DNA of 4,285 nt from a plasmid: the NCBI RefSeq assembly GCF_057098645.1, contig NZ_JBXSPU010000005.1. One strand, 5' to 3'. This document shows positions 1-4,285 of the stretch, one piece after another. How positions within the stretch are numbered: the first letter of the stretch is position 1; every line of letters begins with the position of its first letter. Position numbers and translations under genes: made by a program. The notes under the pieces are model-generated. The model made no database searches, had not been told where the DNA came from, and was given only the letters and a program-made list of their open reading frames with translations.

Positions 1-915
1 ATGAGCGCCGCGCTTCAATACTTCGAAGAAAATTTACCTCATCGTCCCTATCACACGGATGATCTCGCTTTCGGCCTTCGCATCTCCGGCAAAGGGCGCG
101 CTCTTCTTGCGCGGTACATCCAGCAGAACCAGCCTCATGCGCAGTTCTGGCTGGTTTTTGACGTTGACCGCGAGGGGGCAGCGATTGACTGGAGTGACCG
201 GAACGCTCCCGCGCCGAACATCACCGTAAAAAATCCTGTGAACGGTCATGCTCACCTGCTCTACGCGCTCAATATCGCCGTGAGAACCGCGCCGGACAGC
301 TCGGTTAAGGCGCTGAAATACGCCGCTGCGATTGAACGTTCGCTGTGTGAGAAACTTTGTGCTGATGTGAACTACAGCGGACTGATTTGTAAAAATCCGT
401 TCCACCTGGAATGGCAGGTGATGGAGTGGCGAGAGGAAGCCTATACCCTCGGTGAACTGGCTGATTATCTCGATTTGAGTGCCTCAGCGCGCCGTAGCAT
501 CGATAAACGTTACGGGATGGGGCGAAACTGCCACCTGTTCGAAATGACGCGCAAATGGGCTTACAGGGCGATTCGTCAGGGCTGGCCAGCATTCTCACAG
601 TGGCTTGATGCCGTGATTCAGCGTGTCGAAATGTACAACGCATCGCTTCCCGTTCCGCTTTCTCCGGCTGAATGTCGGGCTATTGGCAAGAGTATTGCGA
701 AATACACGCACAGGAACTTCACGCCGGAAACTTTCGCACAGTATGTGGCTGATACGCACACGCCAGAAATTCAGGCTACACGCGGTCGCAAGGGCGGTTC
801 TAAGTCTAAGCGCGGCACAGTAGCTACATCAGCACGCACGCTGAAACCTTGGGAGAAATTAGGGATCAGTCGCGCCTGGTATTACCAACTGAAAAAACGA
901 GGTCTCGTAGAGTAG
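1..915 (+). CDS. rep: ColE2-family plasmid replication initiator Rep (origin-specific, primase-type initiator)
   Basis: Uninterrupted 304-codon ORF from ATG at 1 to TAG at 913-915. The translation resembles, from memory, Rep of ColE2/ColE3-type plasmids (about 300 aa), for example WSDRNAPAPNITVKNPVNGHAHLLYAL, NYSGLICKNP and RQGWPAFSQWLDAVIQRVEMYNASLPVPLSPAECRAIGKSIAKYTHR. A ColE2-like origin sequence follows the stop directly, as in that family. The start coincides with the window edge, so upstream signals cannot be checked here. Not verified by search. Confidence 0.88.
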   Translation: MSAALQYFEENLPHRPYHTDDLAFGLRISGKGRALLARYIQQNQPHAQFWLVFDVDREGAAIDWSDRNAPAPNITVKNPVNGHAHLLYALNIAVRTAPDSSVKALKYAAAIERSLCEKLCADVNYSGLICKNPFHLEWQVMEWREEAYTLGELADYLDLSASARRSIDKRYGMGRNCHLFEMTRKWAYRAIRQGWPAFSQWLDAVIQRVEMYNASLPVPLSPAECRAIGKSIAKYTHRNFTPETFAQYVADTHTPEIQATRGRKGGSKSKRGTVATSARTLKPWEKLGISRAWYYQLKKRGLVE

Positions 916-966
916 ACCAAATAAGCCTATATCAGATAACAGCGCCTTTTTGGCGTCTTTTTAAGC
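916..966 (+). other. ColE2-type origin of vegetative replication (Rep binding and priming site)
   Basis: ACCAAATAAGCCTATATCAGATAACAGCGCCTTTTTGGCGTCTTTTTAAGCAG lies immediately 3' of rep. It closely matches the ColE2-P9 origin region as I recall it (...AGATAAGCCTTATCAGATAACAGCGCCCTTTTGGCGTCTTTTTGAG...). It contains a small hairpin CGCC(TTTTT)GGCG followed by a T-run, which could also act as the rep terminator. Exact minimal-origin boundaries are not determinable by eye. Confidence 0.6.
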
Positions 967-1030
967 AGCTTGGTTTGTTGCTATTTCCCTCGTTGAATCC
1001 CGCAATGGCGCGGCTTTCCGTATGATTGAG

Positions 1031-1130
1031 GTGGTAGCGCTCGCCGCAGTCTCATGACCGAGCGTAGCGAGCGAATGAGCGAGGAAGCGCAACGGTGTCC
1101 GGTGGTGCATGTGGCACTTACGCGCCGGGG
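1031..1130. other. Segment resembling the ColE1/pMB1 ori-downstream region (candidate single-strand initiation / primosome assembly site)
   Basis: GCGCTCGCCGCAGTCTCATGACCGAGCGTAGCGAGCGAATGAGCGAGGAAGCG (1037-1089) is roughly 80% identical by eye to the pBR322/pUC segment GCTCGCCGCAGCCGAACGACCGAGCGCAGCGAGTCAGTGAGCGAGGAAGCGGAAGAGCGCC, which lies about 100-200 bp downstream of the pMB1 ori. Weaker similarity (GGTTTCTCC...) continues to about 1160. The reference sequence is recalled from memory. The functional assignment as a PriA-type pas is inference. Confidence 0.45.
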
Positions 1131-1140
1131 TTTCTCCGTT

Positions 1141-1407
1141 CTACGGTTTCGCAGGTGGTTTGGGTAGCTTCTCCAGCTCGTTAATCAGCGGTTGTATCCG
1201 GTTCACATCGGCCTGTCTTGTGACTTCCTTTCGCAGGAACTGGAGCAGGAACGCACGCAGTTGCGCCTCTTCCGGCCTCCGTACCCTCGCCAGCATGGCA
1301 GCCCCCACAATGACTTTTTGCGCCGTGTCCAGGCTCCGGCTCTTCGCCTTCAGGCGCTGCAATCTGGCCTCAGTTTCGGCAATCTTCTGTTCGAGTGTTC
1401 TGCTCAT
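1141..1407 (-). CDS. mobC: Mobilization accessory protein MobC (RSF1010 MobC-like)
   Basis: 88-codon ORF on the minus strand with ATG at complement of 1405-1407 and stop at complement of 1141-1143. GGAG Shine-Dalgarno at complement of 1415-1418 with a 7-nt spacer. An N-terminal coiled-coil-like segment (LEQKIAETEARLQRLKAKSR) is followed by DTAQKVIVGAAMLARV, matching the conserved core of RSF1010 MobC as I recall it (ETRRKVLVGAMILAKV). It is divergent from mobA with an oriT-like sequence between them, as in RSF1010. Confidence 0.8.
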   Translation of the reverse strand: MSRTLEQKIAETEARLQRLKAKSRSLDTAQKVIVGAAMLARVRRPEEAQLRAFLLQFLRKEVTRQADVNRIQPLINELEKLPKPPAKP

Positions 1408-1431
1408 TTTGTGACTCCGTGCGCGGTGAAA

Positions 1432-1487
1432 AATCGCATTTTAGCGCGTCACTGGTAGTTTAAAAACTGAGCTGGCATAATGCACGG
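1432..1487. promoter_or_regulatory. Candidate divergent promoters for mobC (minus strand) and mobA (plus strand)
   Basis: Plus strand: extended -10-like TGgCATAAT (1473-1481), about 100 nt upstream of the mobA ATG and just before the oriT-like inverted repeat. Minus strand: TAAAAT (complement of 1438-1443), about 30 nt upstream of the mobC ATG. The -35 elements are weak on both strands. By-eye match to sigma70 consensus only. Confidence 0.3.
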
Positions 1488-1491
1488 CATA

Positions 1492-1546
1492 TCACGAAGT
1501 GCGCACTTATACAATCTTCACTTCGTTTCGATTGTGTGCGCCCTGC
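1492..1546 (+). other. Candidate origin of transfer (oriT) with MOBQ/RSF1010-like nic region
   Basis: Inverted repeat ACGAAGTG (1494-1501) / CACTTCGT (1521-1528), which includes the 12-bp palindrome AAGTGCGCACTT (1496-1507). It is followed 7 nt later by GTGCGCCCT (1536-1544), matching the RSF1010/R1162 nic sequence TAAGTGCG|CCCT as I recall it. Predicted nick between 1540 and 1541 on the plus strand. The position between divergent mobC and mobA fits IncQ-type mob modules. Confidence 0.5.
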
Positions 1547-1585
1547 GGGGCTGAAAGAAAACGGCAAAAAGGCATTACGGCAGAA

Positions 1586-3805
1586 ATGGCGATTTATCAT
1601 CTCAGCATGAAAATCATTTCGCGAAAAAACGGCTACAGTGCCGTTGCTTCTGCTGCCTACCGTTCCGGCTCTGTCATACCCGATGACCGTACCGGATTAA
1701 TCCACGATTACACCCGTAAACGCGGCGTTGATGATGCGGTCATTCTCACCCCTGCGAATGCACCGTCCTGGTGTGGTGACCGTTCCGTTCTCTGGAATGC
1801 GGTCGAGAAAGCCGAACAGCGCCGGAACTCCCAGCTGGCAAGGGAGATTGAACTCGCCATTCCCCGTGAGATTTCCCGCGAGGCCGCACGGGAGGCCGTT
1901 CTCGCTTTTGTCCGGGAAAACTTTGTCAGTCGGGGCATGATTGCCGATGTGGCGTTCCATCATATGGACCGGACCAACCCCCATGCACACATCATGCTGA
2001 CCACGAGAGCTGTCGGGGAAACGGGATTCGCAGGAAAGGTCAGGGACTGGAACGACCGGGCACTCGCCGAGACGTGGCGCGCATCATGGGCTGACCATGC
2101 GAACAGAGCGCTTGCGAACGCCGGCTACCAGGAAGAGATAGACCATCGTTCATACGAGCGTCAGGGACTGGAGAAAGCGCCGGGCCTTCACCTCGGAAAG
2201 GCTGCCTGTGCGATGGAAAAACGGGGCATGGAAACAGAACGCGGTGAGCAGAACCGCCTGATTAACAGCCTTAACCTGGAAATACAGGTTTCCCGCACAA
2301 GGCTGGCAGTCATCCAGGTACAGGAGAACGTGCGGAAACGGGAACTCAGCGATGCCGCACGTCGTGCAGCGGAAGCCCTTAATCTGACCATTCCCGCCGC
2401 GAATGCCTCAGCGGATACCCTGCGGGAATTCATTGCCACACTGCCGCAGGAATGCGGGAACGCATGGGAGATGACACCGGAGTTCGTGGCGATGAACGGG
2501 AAGGCAAACGACATCAAACGTGAGGGGAATGCGCTGGTGAAAGAGCGGGATATTCTCGAAAAAGAGATGACCGGACTCAGAAAAGCCCGTCCGGTAGCGT
2601 CCATCCTGTCAGAGCTTCCCCTGATGACATGGGCTGAACCGGAATACCGCAAAAGACAACTCCGCTTCTGGAAACTCGAGAAACAGATTGAATCTCTTCT
2701 CCGCACCTACAGGGCCGTGAAAGAACGGGACATTCCCGTCCGTCGTCAGGCCTTTGAAACGCAGTGGAATACGTGGATTTCGCCGGGAATGGCAGAGCTG
2801 AAAGAAAAACTGTCAGCACGGGAAGCGGAGCGGCGCAGGGAGGAAGCCGAAGCGGAAGCGCGCCGGAAGGAACAGGAATATGACGCACGGCTGAAACACC
2901 ATGATAACCATCGCCTGAGCCGAGAAACGGCATTAGCCGGGGTTATTACGGAGCTGGGGCGTGCCAGAGAGCCGGGAACGGGCAGGATAACCCGCTACAT
3001 GATGCTGAGTAACAGAGCCGGAGAATTCACGGTATGGGGTGATGAGCTGGCGCATTACCCCCAGAGTGTTCATGACCCGGTGAATGTTTACCTGTCGCCA
3101 GGCGGGGCTGTGATGGTCTCGGATATACGTGAGGGAATGCCAGAATCTCATGAGACGATGGCGCGGCCTGAGCGTGTGAGAATGTATTCCGGTGCGACGG
3201 TCCGGCATGTACTGGAACAGATGCGCCAGGGGTGGCCCTCTTACGGTTTTCCGGCGCTGCCGCATCACTGGCCGGATAATTTTTATTTCAGCGACGACCG
3301 CAGGCCCGCAGCCTCTCCGCTGCCGTCAGCGCACCGGGTGGACGTCACCGCTTATGCGGCACCGGAGCAACTCATGCCCGTTGTCTTTTCGACAGAGCGA
3401 AACAGCAGGACGCTGAATCTGCTGTTGTGCGAAGGGCCGGAGGAAATGCTTGTCGGTTTTGTGCGCCTGGAGGACGAGCTGCGTCCCGTTCTTGCGCTTC
3501 CGTCGCCGGATTACAGTCATCTGATGGTAAGCATCATCACAGAGAACGGGATACACCTGGCAGGCTACGGTGAGGCCATAAACCGTGATGCTGATACTCC
3601 GTACCCACCGGAACCGAAGCTGATGCAGTTCAGGCTTAAGGGCTGTCAGGACACGCTTTTTGCTGCCATCAACAAACCGGAAGAGATGCCGGATTATCTC
3701 TTCCGTCAACTCGGATTTAATCAGACCTGGCATGAATGGAAGCGGGACGAACAGCACAGGCAACAACAACGACGCCCCGGACATTACCGGGGCATGAGTA
3801 TGTGA
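1586..3805 (+). CDS. mobA: Mobilization relaxase MobA (MobA/MobL family, MOBQ), with a long C-terminal region of unrecognised function
   Basis: Frame is open from GTG 1499 to TGA 3803-3805. I place the start at ATG 1586 because the product then begins MAIYHLSMKIISR, the canonical N-terminus of MOBQ relaxases (RSF1010 MobA begins MAIYHLTAKTGSR). Catalytic Tyr25 is at codon 1658-1660 and the histidine-triad motif HHMDRTNPHAHIM at residues 125-137 (about 1958-1996). WADHANRALANAGYQEEIDHRSYERQG also matches RSF1010 MobA (WADHANRALERAGHDARIDHRTLEAQG). No strong Shine-Dalgarno precedes 1586, so the start is not exact. Residues from about 240 to 740 have no motif I recognise. Confidence 0.9.
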   Translation: MAIYHLSMKIISRKNGYSAVASAAYRSGSVIPDDRTGLIHDYTRKRGVDDAVILTPANAPSWCGDRSVLWNAVEKAEQRRNSQLAREIELAIPREISREAAREAVLAFVRENFVSRGMIADVAFHHMDRTNPHAHIMLTTRAVGETGFAGKVRDWNDRALAETWRASWADHANRALANAGYQEEIDHRSYERQGLEKAPGLHLGKAACAMEKRGMETERGEQNRLINSLNLEIQVSRTRLAVIQVQENVRKRELSDAARRAAEALNLTIPAANASADTLREFIATLPQECGNAWEMTPEFVAMNGKANDIKREGNALVKERDILEKEMTGLRKARPVASILSELPLMTWAEPEYRKRQLRFWKLEKQIESLLRTYRAVKERDIPVRRQAFETQWNTWISPGMAELKEKLSAREAERRREEAEAEARRKEQEYDARLKHHDNHRLSRETALAGVITELGRAREPGTGRITRYMMLSNRAGEFTVWGDELAHYPQSVHDPVNVYLSPGGAVMVSDIREGMPESHETMARPERVRMYSGATVRHVLEQMRQGWPSYGFPALPHHWPDNFYFSDDRRPAASPLPSAHRVDVTAYAAPEQLMPVVFSTERNSRTLNLLLCEGPEEMLVGFVRLEDELRPVLALPSPDYSHLMVSIITENGIHLAGYGEAINRDADTPYPPEPKLMQFRLKGCQDTLFAAINKPEEMPDYLFRQLGFNQTWHEWKRDEQHRQQQRRPGHYRGMSM

Positions 3806-3837
3806 TATCCGGGGCTGCACCCCGAACCCCGCCAACG

Positions 3838-3880
3838 TCTCACGGGACACGAAAAAATTCCGCGTCCCGTGAGGCGTTTT
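3838..3880 (+). terminator. Candidate intrinsic terminator of mobA
   Basis: Inverted repeat CTCACGGGAC (3839-3848) / GTCCCGTGAG (3864-3873) with a 15-nt loop, followed by GCGTTTT (3874-3880), 34 nt after the mobA stop. The long loop is atypical. A smaller hairpin CGGGG(CTGCA)CCCCG sits at 3810-3824. Confidence 0.5.
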
Positions 3881-3951
3881 CTGGATGAGAAAGTTTGCCG
3901 TTTTGACCCGTTCGCGCTTCTGAACGGTCGAAACCGATCGCGCATCGCTTT

Positions 3952-3969
3952 CGTGAATAGTTATGCAGA
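3952..3969. promoter_or_regulatory. ARG-box-like element (candidate ArgR accessory site of the cer-like site)
   Basis: cgTGAATagttATGCAga compared with the ARG box consensus tnTGAATwwwwATTCAnw: TGAAT is exact and ATGCA differs from ATTCA at one position. Its centre lies about 120 bp upstream of the Xer core centre, similar to the ArgR site spacing in cer-type sites. Confidence 0.4.
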
Positions 3970-4068
3970 CCCCTGAAAACGATTCTGACGCGTTTTTCTG
4001 GTTTGGCCTGGTGTTTTCTTGTCTTTTTGTGTTTTTTGCGTCAGAACGCGTCTGAGAGCGTTTTAAGG

Positions 4069-4096
4069 GGTACGTACAACAGGAGTTATGGTAAAT
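4069..4096 (+). other. cer-like Xer site-specific recombination core (XerC arm, 6-bp central region, XerD arm) for plasmid multimer resolution
   Basis: GGTACGTACAA (4069-4079), CAGGAG (4080-4085), TTATGGTAAAT (4086-4096). The right arm is identical, and the left arm has one mismatch, to the ColE1 cer arms as I recall them (GGTGCGTACAA / TTATGGTAAAT). The central region is 6 bp (cer has 8; psi and dif have 6). About 170 bp of upstream sequence is available as accessory region. Confidence 0.7.
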
Positions 4097-4268
4097 GGAT
4101 CGGGTTTTGGGGAATAATCGACAGGGTTTGCCGTTGGGTGTAGTGTAAGCGACTGAAAAACAAACGCCCCGTAAATCGTGCTCTCACCGCCAAGATTGAT
4201 CACGAAATTACAGGGCGCCGGGTTCCGCGTCTCCCGATGGGAAAGCGCGGTTAGTTAAACTGTGTACC

Positions 4269-4285
4269 GAGAGGAATCGTAACAC
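4269..4285 (+). promoter_or_regulatory. Shine-Dalgarno-like element positioned for rep if the window is a circular replicon
   Basis: GAGAGGAA at 4269-4276 lies 9 nt before the end of the window, and the rep ATG is window position 1. If 4285 joins 1, this is a ribosome-binding site with a spacer of about 9-10 nt. The window length is also plasmid-sized. Circularity is not provable from the sequence alone. Confidence 0.3.

Noticed and set aside
34-823. ORFs 34..405 (-, 123 aa), 305..643 (-, 112 aa) and 623..823 (+, 66 aa) inside rep
   Set aside because: All lie entirely within the well-supported rep ORF in other frames or on the opposite strand. Their translations are Arg/Ser/Pro-rich, as expected for off-frame reading of GC-rich coding DNA, and no ribosome-binding sites or recognisable motifs are seen.
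1109-1458. Plus-strand ORFs 1109..1414 (101 aa) and 1192..1458 (88 aa) opposite mobC
   Set aside because: They overlap the minus-strand ORF that carries the MobC-like motif and a good GGAG ribosome-binding site. The plus-strand translations are Cys/Ser/Arg-rich with no recognisable features.
1499-1585. N-terminal extension of the 768-aa ORF (GTG 1499 start)
   Set aside because: The extension (MRTYTIFTSFRLCAPCGAERKRQKGITAE) is not part of any relaxase N-terminus I know and coincides with the oriT-like inverted repeat and nic motif. ATG 1586 gives the canonical MAIYHL start.
1728-3416. Nested plus-strand ORFs 1728..1940 (70 aa) and 3192..3416 (74 aa) as possible mobB-like overlapping genes
   Set aside because: Overlapping mob genes exist in RSF1010 and ColE1, so I looked for them. 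These two translations are Arg/Pro/Cys-rich with no hydrophobic anchor or recognisable motif, and no Shine-Dalgarno precedes them. Most likely off-frame artefacts.
1697-3850. Minus-strand ORFs antisense to mobA (1697..1990, 1708..1938, 2188..2706, 2577..2933, 2933..3268, 3326..3850)
   Set aside because: Long antisense ORFs are common opposite GC-rich genes. Translations are dominated by Arg, Ser and Pro, and none has a credible ribosome-binding site. The 174-aa one would start inside the mobA terminator hairpin. No supporting evidence for expression.
4081-4147. AGGAG (4081-4085) followed by ATG at 4088 and 4095, giving 9- and 17-codon ORFs
   Set aside because: The AGGAG is the central region of the Xer core and the ATGs lie in the XerD arm. 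The peptides are very short and featureless, so this is most likely coincidence.
1-4285. Search for CRISPR repeats, IS/transposon ends, integrase or att sites, toxin-antitoxin pairs and defence-system genes
   Set aside because: No regularly spaced direct repeats, no terminal inverted repeats flanking a transposase-like ORF and no additional ORFs beyond rep, mobC and mobA were found. Nothing supports such a call.

Overview
The window reads as the backbone of a small mobilizable ColE2-family plasmid, and I do not find an undescribed system in it. It may be a whole circular replicon of about 4.3 kb linearised at the rep start codon. Order of elements: rep (1-915), ColE2-type ori (about 916-966), a segment resembling the ColE1/pMB1 primosome-assembly region (about 1031-1130), mobC on the minus strand (1141-1407), divergent promoter region and candidate oriT with an RSF1010-like nic motif (about 1492-1546), mobA MOBQ-type relaxase (1586-3805), intrinsic terminator (3838-3880), cer-like Xer multimer-resolution site (ARG-box-like element 3952-3969, XerC/XerD core 4069-4096), then about 190 bp of unassigned sequence ending in a Shine-Dalgarno-like element that would serve rep if the molecule is circular. 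I see no CRISPR array, transposase, integrase, toxin-antitoxin pair or defence-like gene. The parts least explained by known biology are the roughly 500-residue C-terminal region of MobA and the tail 4097-4285. All family assignments come from reading translations and motifs by eye and from recalled reference sequences; no database search was run.
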